Shown here piece by piece: positions 12,196 through 22,518 of a stretch of DNA of 64,000 nt. This DNA is from a bacterium (GTDB lineage: Bacteria; JAMCPX01), in assembly GCA_021787665.1 (NCBI GenBank), contig JAJYLN010000004.1:68415-132414 (forward strand), in the 5' to 3' direction. Numbering within the stretch: the stretch's first letter is position 1; every line of letters begins with the position of its first letter. The notes beneath the pieces are model-generated. The model saw only the letters and a program-made list of their open reading frames with translations, was not told the origin of the DNA and did no database searches. Made by a program: the position numbers and the translations under genes.

Positions 12196-13386
12196 TTACT
12201 CTACGATCTCCGTGACGACGCCTGCGCCCACCGTCTTTCCGCCTTCCCGGATCGCAAACCGCAGCCCCTTCTCCATCGCTATCGGCACGATCAGATCCCC
12301 TTCCAGCGTGATGTTGTCTCCCGGCATCACCATCTCCACGCCCTGCGGCAGCTTCACCACCCCAGTCACATCCGTCGTCCTGAAGTAGAACTGCGGCCGG
12401 TACCCCGTGAAAAACGGCGTGTGCCTCCCCCCTTCTTCCTTCGTCAATACATACAGCTCTCCCTTGAACTTCGTGTGCGGTGTGATGCTCCCTGGCTTCG
12501 CCACTACCTGCCCTCGTTCTACCTCTTCCTTCTTCGTCCCCCTCAATAATACCCCGATGTTGTCTCCAGCTCGCCCCTCGTCCAGTACCTTCCGGAACAT
12601 CTCTACCCCGGTCACCACCGTCTTCCCTGTCGGCTTTATCCCCACTATCTCTATCTCTTCCCCTACCGTTACCTTCCCTCGCTCCACTCTCCCTGTCACC
12701 ACCGTCCCTCGCCCGCTGATGCTGAATACATCCTCCACGGGCATCAAAAACGGCTTCTCGATCTCCCGCTGCGGCTCTGGTATGTAGCTGTCGATCGCCT
12801 CCATCAGCTTCATGATCGACCCTTCCCCCATCTCTCCCTTGTCTCCTTCCAATGCCTTGAGCGCACTCCCGATCACGACGGGCACCTTATCCCCAGGAAA
12901 CTTGTACTGCGTCAGAAGCTCTCTTACCTCGAGCTCCACAAGGTCCAACAGCTCCTTGTCGTCCACCATGTCAGCCTTGTTGATGTATACCACAATGTAC
13001 GGAACGCCTACCTGCCGCGCCAACAATATGTGCTCCCTCGTCTGAGGCATCGGTCCGTCCGCTGCACTTACCACAAGAATCGCCCCGTCCATCTGCGCCG
13101 CCCCGGTTATCATGTTCTTGATGTAGTCCGCATGCCCCGGACAGTCTACATGCGCATAGTGCCGCTTCGCTGTCTCGTACTCTACATGCGATATCGATAT
13201 CGTTATCCCGCGCTCCCGCTCCTCCGGCGCCTTGTCTATCTGATCAAATGGAATGAAATTCGCCAGCTTCTTCTCCGACAACACCTTCGTTATCGCTGCT
13301 GTCAACGTCGTCTTCCCGTGGTCGATATGCCCTATCGTCCCCACATTCAGGTGCGGCTTCTTCCGCTCAAATTTCGCCTTGCCCAT
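12196..13386 (-). CDS. tuf: Elongation factor Tu
   Basis: 396-aa [36 protein letters not shown] with GHVDHGKT P-loop, DCPGHADY and NKADMV GTPase motifs. Confidence 0.98.
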   Translation of the reverse strand: MGKAKFERKKPHLNVGTIGHIDHGKTTLTAAITKVLSEKKLANFIPFDQIDKAPEERERGITISISHVEYETAKRHYAHVDCPGHADYIKNMITGAAQMDGAILVVSAADGPMPQTREHILLARQVGVPYIVVYINKADMVDDKELLDLVELEVRELLTQYKFPGDKVPVVIGSALKALEGDKGEMGEGSIMKLMEAIDSYIPEPQREIEKPFLMPVEDVFSISGRGTVVTGRVERGKVTVGEEIEIVGIKPTGKTVVTGVEMFRKVLDEGRAGDNIGVLLRGTKKEEVERGQVVAKPGSITPHTKFKGELYVLTKEEGGRHTPFFTGYRPQFYFRTTDVTGVVKLPQGVEMVMPGDNITLEGDLIVPIAMEKGLRFAIREGGKTVGAGVVTEIVE

Positions 13387-13430
13387 CTATTTCTTACCTC
13401 CTTCCCTGCATCATACTCCCTGCAATTTTA

Positions 13431-13503
<73 letters not shown>

Positions 13504-13506
13504 ATA

Positions 13507-13579
<73 letters not shown>

Positions 13580-13628
13580 TTAATCCTTTAAAAGTCAATC
13601 AAAACTATAAAACTCAATCCAGGAGCAA

Positions 13629-13713
13629 TGGAGAGGGAAGGATTCGAACCTTCGTAGGCGCTATGGCCGGCAGTTTTACAGACTGCTCCCTTTAGCCACT
13701 CGGGCACCTCTCC
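13629..13713 (-). tRNA. tRNA-Tyr (anticodon GUA)
   Basis: Minus-strand GGAGAGGTGCCCGAGTGGCTAAAGGGAGCAGTCTGTAAAACTGC... with long variable arm and perfect 7-bp acceptor stem; anticodon loop CU-GUA-AA. Confidence 0.85.
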
Positions 13714-13753
13714 CCGTTTTGCTCGTTTACCACCACGCAACGATACCTTACAC

Positions 13754-13826
13754 AGCTAGCGAGGGGACTCGAACCCTTAACCTGCTGATTACAAATCAGC
13801 TGCTCTACCAATTGAGCTACGCTAGC
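13754..13826 (-). tRNA. tRNA-Thr (anticodon UGU)
   Basis: Minus-strand GCTAGCGTAGCTCAATTGGTAGAGCAGCTGATTTGTAATCAGCAGGTTAAGGGTTCGAGTCCCCTCGCTAGCT; anticodon loop UU-UGU-AA. First gene of the Thr-Tyr-Gly-Thr-tuf cluster. Confidence 0.85.
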
Positions 13827-13842
13827 AAGTGATAAATTTTTG

Positions 13843-13870
13843 CTTATAACATATCAAAAAGTAGTGTCAA
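13843..13870 (-). promoter_or_regulatory. Sigma70-like promoter for the tRNA-tuf cluster (TTGACA, 16-nt spacer, TATAAG)
   Basis: On the minus strand TTGACA (rc of 13865-13870) and TATAAG (rc of 13843-13848) are separated by 16 nt, about 17 nt upstream of the first tRNA. Confidence 0.45.
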
Positions 13871-13889
13871 ACGTTTTTTTCACCGAAGC

Positions 13890-15616
13890 TTATCGCCTCC
13901 TGTCGACCGCATTCACGGCCCTGCCCGCGTACCCCTCGTTTTCTCTGGGAATTATACGTTCCCCTCCGTGTACCAGTATCGTGCAGCCGGTGCAGAGTTC
14001 CGGCGTTACCGTGTACGGCTGCTGCCGCATATCCTTGAATTCGGGCAGCAGTACGCACGGAGACCTGGTTATGACGACGGCAGGCCCGTGGAACGCCACA
14101 GCTTCACGTACGCACCTTTCTACCTCTCTGGTTACTGACGGGTCCACTGTCCTGACCCAGTCCACGCCAAGCGCCTTCACGATCCGCTCGAGTGATATGT
14201 CCGAACACGGGTTGCCGTGCAGATCCGTACCAGAAAGGGGGTTGTGCTGCGCGCCGGTCAGCGCCGTCGTATGGTTATCGAGGATCACGACGAGAATGTT
14301 GCTCCTGTTGTAGACCGCGTTGAGGAGCCCGGTCATGCCCGAATGCAGGAACGTAGAGTCTCCGATAACGGCAATCGTTTTCTTCCCGTTCTTCGGCACG
14401 ACGGTTTCTATGCCCACTGCCTGTCCTATGCCGGCCCCCCGAGTGAGACAGGTATGGACGGCCTTCAGAGGTTGATCGTAGGGTAGGGTATAGCACCCGA
14501 TGTCCCCGGCTATAAACGAGCGCAGTTTGCTTAACTGGTAAAAGACACTCCTGTGGGGACACCCGGGCAGAGAACGAGGGAATGCTGCAGCACGTCCGGC
14601 ATCCCGGTGGCCTGACCGGCTACCGGGCCTTCGGAAGCGTGTGGCCCTGCTGTAAACCTGCGTACGCTGTCCCTCATCACATCGGGTGTAAGCTCGGAAA
14701 CCGAAGGGACAAATTCCTTACCGCGTATCCCCGGGGAAAGGTGCTTGATCTGCATCTCCAGAAACGGATCGAGCTCTTCCACGACGAGCACCTTCCTGAA
14801 GTCCCTGGCGAATCCCTGTATACGTCCTGCAGGCAGGGGATTGGTCAGGGCTATCTTTAGAACGTTCGCGTGCGGCGCGACCTCCTTCACGTACTGGTAC
14901 GAGATGCCTGCTGTAATGATGCCATAGTCCGCAGTTCCCCTCTCCGTCCTGTTGAGAGGTAACTGTTCCGAGAACCATCCGAGTTCCTGAAGCTTTCCCT
15001 CGAGTGTCCGTCTCGCCCTGCGTGCGTTGGACGGCACCATGACTTTCCTGCCCGGGTCCTTCCCCGGAGCCGTGGGCTGTCCGGATCGTACGGGACCCTG
15101 CGGAAAAATGATTGATGTGGAATGCGAGACCCTTGTCGTCATACGCAGCAGCACCGGTAGATCGAAGCGCTCGCTTATCTCGAAGGTCCGTACCGTGAAC
15201 AGCCTCGCCTCTTCGCTGTCCGAAGGCTCGAGGATGGGGATCTTTGCTATGAGAGTGTACCAGCGGTTGTCCTGTTCGTTCTGAGAGCTGTGTATACCAT
15301 GATCATCAGCGGACACGACGACAAGACCGGCACCCACGCCCGTATACGCGAGCGTCATGAGCGGGTCAGACGCCACATTGAGTCCGACATGCTTCATCGT
15401 GACAATCGACCGTGCGCCGGCAAGGCAGGCACCTGACGCCGTCTCCAGTGCCACTTTCTCATTGACGGCCCAGTTTGCGAAGATGCCCTCGTAGCCTGCT
15501 ATACTCTCGAGGATCTCGGTAGACGGGGTGCCGGGATATCCGGTGGTAAATCTGCAACCTGCCTCAAAGCTGCCCCGTGCAATAGCCTCGTTGCCCGACA
15601 TCAGCACGCGTTCCAT
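13890..15616 (-). pseudogene. Indolepyruvate/2-oxoacid:ferredoxin oxidoreductase alpha-subunit-like gene (IorA-like), reading frame broken once
   Basis: Track ORF 14531..15616 (MERVLMSGNEAIARG...) is an IorA/PFOR-type N-terminal domain; the downstream frame (through ORF 13890..14417) continues without stops as PGCPHRSVFYQLSKLRSFIAGDIGCYTL..., the conserved TPP-binding region. The two halves differ by -1 at CCCGGGT (about 14561-14567). The C-terminus lacks complete 4Fe-4S Cys motifs and no iorB partner follows. Confidence 0.45.
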
Positions 15617-15655
15617 GAACCACCCCCAAGGGGCCGGCAGGAAAGTCCCGCCCTC

Positions 15656-16669
15656 TTATATCGTCCTTCCTATGGCCTTCGCGACCCTGCCGATGTCCCG
15701 GACCATGCGTTTGAACTCGTCCGGCCTGAGCGACTGCTCTCCGTCGCTCAGTGCCTTCTCGGGCTGCTGGTGTACTTCGACGATGATACCGTCGGCGCCG
15801 GCCGCTACCGCAGCCAGAGACATCGTCGCCACGATGTCCCTTCTACCGGTCCCGTGGCTCGGATCGACGATTACCGGGAGGTGGGTGAGCTTTTTGAGTA
15901 CCGGGATAGCGTTGAGATCAAGCGTATTGCGGGTCTCGGTCTCGAAGGTCCGTATGCCCCTCTCGCACAGGATGATCCTGTCGTTCCCCTTGCTCGCGAT
16001 ATATTCCGCAGACATGAGCAGTTCCTTTATCGTCGCAGAAAGTCCTCTCTTCAACAGGATAGGCCTGTTGGTGGAACCGAGTTCCTTCAGCAGTGCAAAG
16101 TTCTGCATGTTCCTCGCCCCGACCTGGAAAATATCCGTGTAGTCTGTCATAAGGCCGATGTCCCTGGTGTCCATGATCTCGGTCACTACGGGCATCCGCA
16201 GAGCACGCTTCGCAGCCCTCAATATCTCGAGCCCCTCCTTGCCCATCCCCTGAAACGAGTACGGGGAGGTCCGCGGCTTATAGGCGCCACCCCTCAGAAC
16301 AGACGCACCCGACGACTTCACGTCCCTCCCTATCTGCATGAGCATCTCCCTGCCCTCTATGGAGCACGGTCCTGCCATGACGACTATCCTCCTGCCTCCT
16401 ATGGTAACACCGCCGACCCGAATGAGTGTATCTTCTTTCCTGAACTCCCTGCTCACGACCTTGTAGGGGCTCAGTATCGGGAGCACCTTCTCGACTCCCG
16501 CAAACGTCGTGAGTGGCACATTGGCAAGATTCCTCTCGTCTCCTATGGCCCCGATTATCATGCGCTCCTTGCCTTTCGAGATATGGGGCCTCAGCTTCCT
16601 GTCCTTTATCGTCTTCAGAACATTCTCGATGTCCTTCTTTGATGCGTCGGGCTTCATCACAATTATCAT
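15656..16669 (-). CDS. 3-deoxy-7-phosphoheptulonate (DAHP) synthase with N-terminal regulatory domain
   Basis: 337-aa ORF; KDO8P/DAHP-synthase-like TIM-barrel core (VVMAGPCSIE, HLPVIVDPSHGTGRR) preceded by a roughly 70-aa N-terminal extension as in Thermotoga/Bacillus-type enzymes. Confidence 0.8.
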   Translation of the reverse strand: MIIVMKPDASKKDIENVLKTIKDRKLRPHISKGKERMIIGAIGDERNLANVPLTTFAGVEKVLPILSPYKVVSREFRKEDTLIRVGGVTIGGRRIVVMAGPCSIEGREMLMQIGRDVKSSGASVLRGGAYKPRTSPYSFQGMGKEGLEILRAAKRALRMPVVTEIMDTRDIGLMTDYTDIFQVGARNMQNFALLKELGSTNRPILLKRGLSATIKELLMSAEYIASKGNDRIILCERGIRTFETETRNTLDLNAIPVLKKLTHLPVIVDPSHGTGRRDIVATMSLAAVAAGADGIIVEVHQQPEKALSDGEQSLRPDEFKRMVRDIGRVAKAIGRTI

Positions 16670-16671
16670 GG

Positions 16672-17412
16672 TTAAACTCCCATCCTTAGTCTATTGGCGA
16701 GCCACCGGGGCAGCCCGGCTCGTAGTATTTTGTCGCAGGCTGTCTCCACGGCATAGCTCAATCTTTTAACAGTATATAGACGTCTGTCCGTGTCAAGTAT
16801 TCCATACGATGCGGTGTTGTCGTGGTCTCTGGGCTGTCCCACGCTGCCCACACTGATGATATACAGGCGCCGCTCATCAATGGCAACCGTATCGGCGTAG
16901 TCGACAACCAGCGCCCCGTCGCCACGAACCTCCCGCGACACGGTAAACCTGCGGTGAGCATGGCCAACAAACATGATCGAAAATCTCGCACCGAGAGCGG
17001 AGAAGGCCTTCTCCACGTCGGTCATGGTCACCACGTAATCGAATTCTTCGGGATCGACAGGGGAGTCGTGACTGAACAGCATGCCCTCGTAAGCAAAGGT
17101 GTACGCCGCGCTGCTCAGCCAGGACAGCGCAGCCTCCGAGAGCTTCCCTCTGGTCCACTGGATACCCTCTCTCGCATTGTCGTTGAAGTACGTCGTATCG
17201 AGCATACCCGCTGCCGCGGCATCGTGATTGCCCATGATGTTCCTCTGTGCCACCTCCTTCACGATGTTACAGCACGGCTGCGGGTCCGCGCCGTACCCCA
17301 CGACATCGCCGAGGGACACGACAAGGTCCGGCATAGACTTTCTCAGGTCCGCGACGACCGTGCTCAGGGCCTCGAGGTTACCGTGGACATCCGCTATGAC
17401 CGCAATCCTCAT
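16672..17412 (-). CDS. Metallophosphoesterase (calcineurin-like phosphoesterase family)
   Basis: 246-aa ORF with DVHGN and GNHD metal-binding motifs near the N-terminus. Confidence 0.75.
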   Translation of the reverse strand: MRIAVIADVHGNLEALSTVVADLRKSMPDLVVSLGDVVGYGADPQPCCNIVKEVAQRNIMGNHDAAAAGMLDTTYFNDNAREGIQWTRGKLSEAALSWLSSAAYTFAYEGMLFSHDSPVDPEEFDYVVTMTDVEKAFSALGARFSIMFVGHAHRRFTVSREVRGDGALVVDYADTVAIDERRLYIISVGSVGQPRDHDNTASYGILDTDRRLYTVKRLSYAVETACDKILRAGLPRWLANRLRMGV

Positions 17413-18122
17413 TTAACATTTTTCAGAAAGAACTCGGCCAGTAGTTCCTCGTCCTTCCTGGCCTTGGACTCTTCTTCCTTCCCGGCTACGGCATCCTCTT
17501 TCACCGGCAGCCCGATAAACCCGCTCTCAACTCTATAGACGTTCTCCTGTACGACGACCGAGTCCGGAAAGACCTCTGCACCTGCGGTCTTCAGCTCTTC
17601 CAAGGTCTTTATCTTGCCAACGAGCTTCTCGGTATCCGTACCGCTGTCCAGCGCGGTAAACTTAGCGGCCTGCTCGAGCTTGAACTTCGGTCTTGCCTTC
17701 GTCAGTATCGTGATGGTCTCTCCCTCGAGCAGAAGCTTTCCGCTCGCGTTGAGTTCGTCAAGGAGCTCCTGCGTGAAGAACACCTTTTCGGATATGCCCT
17801 TTGCTCCCTGGACCATGGCATTGCTCAACTTTGCTCCCACGAGGACAGCGCCCCTCATGTCCGCGTGGGTCAGGTCGGCGTTGCGTAGGTCCGCGTTGCG
17901 CATATTCGTATTGATGAGCACCGCATGCCTGAGCGACGCACCTGAGAGGTCAGCGCCGGACAGGTCGGTGTCCGTGAGGTCGGCGTACCTGAAGTTCGCG
18001 TTCCTGAACATCCCGCCGGACAGGTCCATCTTCTTCAGGTCGATGCCCTTGAGGTTCGCGCCTTCAAAGGAAGCCCCTTCTTTGACGCCTTTCTCAACGT
18101 CTTCCCTGCTGAGCAGCTTCAT
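17409..18122 (-). CDS. Pentapeptide-repeat protein
   Basis: Repeats of A(D/N)LSGADL-type pentapeptides (ANLKGIDL, ADLTDTDLSGADLSGASL, NADLRNADLTHADM). Likely start is the internal Met (MKLLSRED), whose ATG overlaps the upstream PilZ stop (ATGA); the track ORF to 18242 carries an Arg-rich spurious extension. Confidence 0.75.
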   Translation of the reverse strand: MKLLSREDVEKGVKEGASFEGANLKGIDLKKMDLSGGMFRNANFRYADLTDTDLSGADLSGASLRHAVLINTNMRNADLRNADLTHADMRGAVLVGAKLSNAMVQGAKGISEKVFFTQELLDELNASGKLLLEGETITILTKARPKFKLEQAAKFTALDSGTDTEKLVGKIKTLEELKTAGAEVFPDSVVVQENVYRVESGFIGLPVKEDAVAGKEEESKARKDEELLAEFFLKNVK

Positions 18123-18502
18123 GGAATATCTTTTATGAAGCCCTTTATCCTCTGTTTTGTCTCTTCTTTCATTCCGACGAATTCTATGCCGATGCCGCAA
18201 TCCGTGCCGTCCTTCTGCGCCTCGCTCTCTGTGGTCACCCACTTGACCACCCCCCGCGCCTCCAGAAGGTTTATGTCGTTCGGTATCGTAAACTTTATGA
18301 GCAGCGATTTTCCCACCGGCAGGGTCTTGCCGGTCTTGAGGAAAATACCACCCTCACTGAAGTTGGTCGAGTAATCGTAGAGATAAGCCTCGCTGTCCGG
18401 ATAATCCAGAAGCATTTTAACAGCCTCATCGTCGCTCGATACAACGACTACCCTAACCTTGACCCGGGGGGTCTTCCTTTGATTGGCGGTGACGTCCGTC
18501 AC
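18119..18502 (-). CDS. PilZ-domain protein (putative c-di-GMP receptor)
   Basis: 127-aa ORF with RxxxR (RKTPRVKVR) and DxSxxG (DYSTNFSEGG) PilZ signature motifs. Confidence 0.7.
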   Translation of the reverse strand: MTDVTANQRKTPRVKVRVVVVSSDDEAVKMLLDYPDSEAYLYDYSTNFSEGGIFLKTGKTLPVGKSLLIKFTIPNDINLLEARGVVKWVTTESEAQKDGTDCGIGIEFVGMKEETKQRIKGFIKDIP

Positions 18503-18514
18503 GATTGCTTCCAG

Positions 18515-18868
18515 CTACGAGGCCTGGGTGAGGGAAAGCTTGTCGATGAAGCTATGCAGCTTCTTCTGATCTTCTTCGCTCAACGTCTGGAATTCGACAC
18601 CCATGCCCGGAATAAGGTTGGTACCTTTTATCTGCTGTGGGTCATTTACCCACGATACCCGGCCCTTGACCTGAATGGGTACCCTTATGTCGGGGATAAC
18701 GAACTCGACCGAGATTACCGTATTTACCTTCAGAGGGTCCTTGGTGGATATGAACATGCCGCCCCTGCTGATGTTCATGGCGTAGTCAGAGATAAAGCTC
18801 GTGATGTCCCCGTATTTAACTTCGAGTTTGGTATCAATGCGCCTTGCATGGCGCTTATCATCAGACAT
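18515..18868 (-). CDS. PilZ-domain protein (putative c-di-GMP receptor), second tandem copy
   Basis: 117-aa ORF with RxxxR (RHARRIDTK) and DxSxxG (DYAMNISRGG) motifs; strong RBS (AAAAGGAGG) upstream. Confidence 0.7.
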   Translation of the reverse strand: MSDDKRHARRIDTKLEVKYGDITSFISDYAMNISRGGMFISTKDPLKVNTVISVEFVIPDIRVPIQVKGRVSWVNDPQQIKGTNLIPGMGVEFQTLSEEDQKKLHSFIDKLSLTQAS

Positions 18869-18926
18869 ACGTACCTCCTTTTAAAAGGATACTACATCAT
18901 ACAGAGAATTACAATGAAAGCGTTTT

Positions 18927-20492
18927 TTAAAAGGAGAAACACCCCGTGGCGCCGGGGGGACACGACGCCACGGTTATGGTATGGACGGAGAGACGGCCCT
19001 TTGCATAGCCGAGGACGTCCGTGGCGGGATCGAAGCTCACGGAGCCGTCGGTCGTGGTGACGGTAAAGCCGCCCGGGAAATGGAGAGGGGGGATGAATAT
19101 CTCCGTCTGTCCGGTGCCTATACCGTCCTCCTTATACGTATAGGTGAAGGCGGTCGTCGTGAACGTGGAGGGATCGATCGTAACGGGGTAGCTTATGCTG
19201 ACCGGCGTACCGGCTGTGAGCATGGGATACGGCCTTGAGAGGACGTCGATGCCGTCAAAGACAGGGCCCCCGGTCTGGTCAACCAGCGGCCTGGGGGTAC
19301 CGTCCGGGTAGTACGGGCTCATGTTATCGTCGTTGACGGTGTTGTAGTCCCAGTCGAACCAGCCCGCATCGAACAGGTCGAAGTCGTTGAGCAGCGTGAC
19401 CATGTAGGCCGCACTGCCCGGGCTGCTGTAGCCCGTGCCGGTCTCGTCGACAACGCACGGCACTCTCATGGCAGTGCCGTCGTCCCTGATCTGGGTAAAG
19501 CTCGGCACAATAATGGTGGTGTCCGTCCCATAGGATGGGTTAATGCTCAGGGGATAGAAATGCGGGACGAACACGAGGTTAGGGAACTCTTCCGGAAAGG
19601 TCGTACCGCTGATGGCGGTCTTATAGCTGTTCAGCAGGTTCGTCAGCACCACGGACGGCTCGAACGCAATGATATGGTACGGGTCCACGGCCCTTATCGC
19701 CCTAATCATCTTCTCATAGAACGGCACCAGCCCCTTCGTCTCGAAGTCCGGAGACGTCAGGGGATAGTCCTTGCCCGGGAACGGCTCGTTCATAATCTCG
19801 TACCCGAGCACATTCGATGTAGAGCTGAACCTCTGCGCTACCGCTTGGAATACCGCTGCGTAGTGCTCCTGCAGCCCGGTCCCGTCCGGCGCAGCGCGAT
19901 CGTCCCACAGGTCCTGGAACGACTGCAAAACCTGGGGGAGGCCGTAGTTTGCTGCCCAGGTGGTACTGCATTCGGTGGGTGAATAGCCGCCGAGCACACA
20001 GGCCCACGCGGGCGCACCGTCGCCGTCGCAGAACGACTCGCTGTAGAGGTCCTGGTGCATGTCGATCAGCACCCACAGCCCGTTGTCCTTGCACGCCTGT
20101 ACCTCCTGCTGGACCCGATCGAGATAGCCCGTGTCTATGACGCCCGGGGTTGGCTCGAGCGCGGCCCAGACAACGATCAGCCTGACGGCGTTCAGTCCGA
20201 GCCCCCTGAGCCTCGCGAAGTTCTGTTCAAGGTTCTGGTCCAGGGTCTCGCCGGTTATCACGGTGTCTGTAAAGGGGAGATACGGGGGATGTTTCGCCGG
20301 GTCGTTCACATTCATCCCGTGTACAATGATCACCCTGCCCTGCGTGTCCCTGATCCACGTCCCGTCGGACCAGGCTACAGCGTGTACCACGCCCGGCCTG
20401 CCTGCCTTCTTTGCCGAGCATCCTGCACAGCAAGCCACCACTCCGAGCGCTGCGAAGAACATACCTGCGAGGGACAACACTCCATCCTTCAT
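18927..20492 (-). CDS. Glycoside hydrolase family 5-like lipoprotein (cellulase/endoglycoceramidase-like), copy 1
   Basis: 521-aa ORF with lipoprotein-type signal peptide (LGVVACCAGCS), GH5-like blocks (VIIVHGMNV..., NAVRLIVVWAALEP, catalytic MNEP) and paralogy to ORF 44760..46367. Confidence 0.65.
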   Translation of the reverse strand: MKDGVLSLAGMFFAALGVVACCAGCSAKKAGRPGVVHAVAWSDGTWIRDTQGRVIIVHGMNVNDPAKHPPYLPFTDTVITGETLDQNLEQNFARLRGLGLNAVRLIVVWAALEPTPGVIDTGYLDRVQQEVQACKDNGLWVLIDMHQDLYSESFCDGDGAPAWACVLGGYSPTECSTTWAANYGLPQVLQSFQDLWDDRAAPDGTGLQEHYAAVFQAVAQRFSSTSNVLGYEIMNEPFPGKDYPLTSPDFETKGLVPFYEKMIRAIRAVDPYHIIAFEPSVVLTNLLNSYKTAISGTTFPEEFPNLVFVPHFYPLSINPSYGTDTTIIVPSFTQIRDDGTAMRVPCVVDETGTGYSSPGSAAYMVTLLNDFDLFDAGWFDWDYNTVNDDNMSPYYPDGTPRPLVDQTGGPVFDGIDVLSRPYPMLTAGTPVSISYPVTIDPSTFTTTAFTYTYKEDGIGTGQTEIFIPPLHFPGGFTVTTTDGSVSFDPATDVLGYAKGRLSVHTITVASCPPGATGCFSF

Positions 20493-20602
20493 GGAAAGTT
20501 ATTTTTATGATACTCTTTCATGCATGTCAAATCTTCCTACTCCTTGCTTCCCACTTCTTTAAATCTATGGTACTGTCCACGCAGAAGTCGGAGAAGATCG
20601 TT

Positions 20603-21877
20603 ATGGACAAGTTCATCATAGAGGGCGGAAATATGCTTCACGGGACCGTCAGGATAAGCGGCGCCAAAAATGCTGCGCTGCCGGCGATGGCAGCGGCGCT
20701 GCTCACGAACGAGGACGTCCACCTCAACAGGGTACCGTCCCTTGCCGACGTCAGCACCATGGTCGCTCTCCTCGGGAAGATGGGCGTCCGCACGGACGGT
20801 CCCGGGAGCGGCCCCTTATCCATGAGCATGACGATCAACGCGTCCGGCATAAACACCTACGAGGCACCCTATGACCTGGTGAAGACGATGCGGGCGTCGG
20901 TCCTGGTATTGGGCCCGCTCGTCGCGCGCTACGGAAGCGCCCGGGTATCGATACCCGGCGGCTGCGCCATCGGCAGCAGGCCCATAGACCTCCACCTCAA
21001 GGGCCTCGCAGCCCTCGGGGCACGCGTATCGATGTACCACGGGTACATCGATGTGACGGCACGGCAGCTCAAAGGTACGAGGATATCGTTCGATACCATT
21101 ACGGTGACCGGCACGGAGAACCTCATCATGGCAGCTTCCCTCGCGCACGGGACCACCGTTCTGGAGAATGCTGCCCGGGAGCCGGAGGTGGTGAGCCTCG
21201 TGGATCAGCTCGTCAGGATGGGGGCAAGGATACACGGAGCCGGCACGGCTACGGTCACCATAGAAGGGGTCGACAGACTCCACGGATGCAGCATGGACAT
21301 CATACCGGACAGGATAGAGGCAGGCACCTACATGATAGCGGCAGCGGCTGCAGGCGGAGAAGTCGAGATAGCAGACTGCAGCCCGGACCACGTCCGTGCG
21401 CTCCTGACCATGATGCGAGCAGCCGGTATAGACTATAACGAGACCGATCACGGCGTCGTCGTACGGAAGGAAAGGTCCGCGCGGATCAAAAGCCTGAACG
21501 TGAAAACGATGCCGTACCCGGATTTCCCCACGGATCTCCAGGCACAGCTCATGGCACTCATGACGCAGGGCGACGGCACGAGCGCTATCGCCGAGACCAT
21601 ATTCGAGAATAGGTTCATGCATGTCCCGGAGCTCAGGCGCATGGGCGCGGACATCAGGACCCAAGGGAACGTTGCAATCGTAAGGGGTGAGACGAAACTG
21701 ATGGGCGCACAGATCATGGCAACGGATCTGCGGGCAAGCGCCTCCCTGGTCATTGCCGGCCTTATCGCTGAGGGAACCACCGAGGTGTCGAGGATCTACC
21801 ATCTTGACAGGGGGTACGAGTTCATGGAAAACAAGCTGTCAGGGATAGGAGCAAGACTGAAGAGGGTGAAGACATGA
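20603..21877 (+). CDS. murA: UDP-N-acetylglucosamine 1-carboxyvinyltransferase
   Basis: From ATG at 20603: [34 protein letters not shown], a MurA N-terminus with a GGAG-like RBS upstream; the track ORF from 20411 is an in-frame upstream extension. Confidence 0.95.
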   Translation: MDKFIIEGGNMLHGTVRISGAKNAALPAMAAALLTNEDVHLNRVPSLADVSTMVALLGKMGVRTDGPGSGPLSMSMTINASGINTYEAPYDLVKTMRASVLVLGPLVARYGSARVSIPGGCAIGSRPIDLHLKGLAALGARVSMYHGYIDVTARQLKGTRISFDTITVTGTENLIMAASLAHGTTVLENAAREPEVVSLVDQLVRMGARIHGAGTATVTIEGVDRLHGCSMDIIPDRIEAGTYMIAAAAAGGEVEIADCSPDHVRALLTMMRAAGIDYNETDHGVVVRKERSARIKSLNVKTMPYPDFPTDLQAQLMALMTQGDGTSAIAETIFENRFMHVPELRRMGADIRTQGNVAIVRGETKLMGAQIMATDLRASASLVIAGLIAEGTTEVSRIYHLDRGYEFMENKLSGIGARLKRVKT

Positions 21878-22518
21878 TGAGACGTGCATGCATACGGATA
21901 GGCCTGCCCAAGGGCAGGATGCTGGAGGACTCGGTAAAGGCCCTGAATAAGGTCGGCATCGACTTTTCGTCGGCGCTCGGAAGGTCCCGCAGCCTCAGGT
22001 TCGAATCTTCCGACCGGACCGCAGAGGCAATCATCATCAGGGCCGTTGACCTGCTGACGTATGTCGAGTACGGAGCGGTCGACATGGGTATCATCGGCTA
22101 CGACCTCATCAGGGAGCAGGGACGTGACGTCATCACCGCACTCGCGCTGGACTTCGGCGTGTGCAGACTTTCCGTGTCGGGTCCCTCTGGCTACGATACC
22201 CGGAGAGGCGCCAGCCTGTCCGGCATACGCGTCGCAACGAAGTATCCCCGCCTTACAGCGCAGTACTTCAAGGGAAAGGGCCTCCCGGTGGACATTGTGA
22301 AGCTTTACGGCGCCGTGGAGGTCGCCCCGCTTTTCGGCATCTCGGACATTATCGTGGACCTCGTCTCCACAGGAGAGACCCTGAAGATCAACGGACTTCA
22401 GGAGCGAGAGGTCGTGATGCGCTCCTCCGCCCGGCTCGTCGTGAATAGAGCGTCGATGAGGACCAAGCAGGAAGGCATCGACGACATCATAGCGAAGCTC
22501 AAAAAGGCTATGGTATGA
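21874..22518 (+). CDS. hisG: ATP phosphoribosyltransferase (short form)
   Basis: 214-aa ORF with HisG-like sequence (RIGLPKGRMLEDS..., LVSTGETLK); start overlaps the murA stop and it is followed by hisD. Confidence 0.9.
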   Translation: MMRRACIRIGLPKGRMLEDSVKALNKVGIDFSSALGRSRSLRFESSDRTAEAIIIRAVDLLTYVEYGAVDMGIIGYDLIREQGRDVITALALDFGVCRLSVSGPSGYDTRRGASLSGIRVATKYPRLTAQYFKGKGLPVDIVKLYGAVEVAPLFGISDIIVDLVSTGETLKINGLQEREVVMRSSARLVVNRASMRTKQEGIDDIIAKLKKAMV

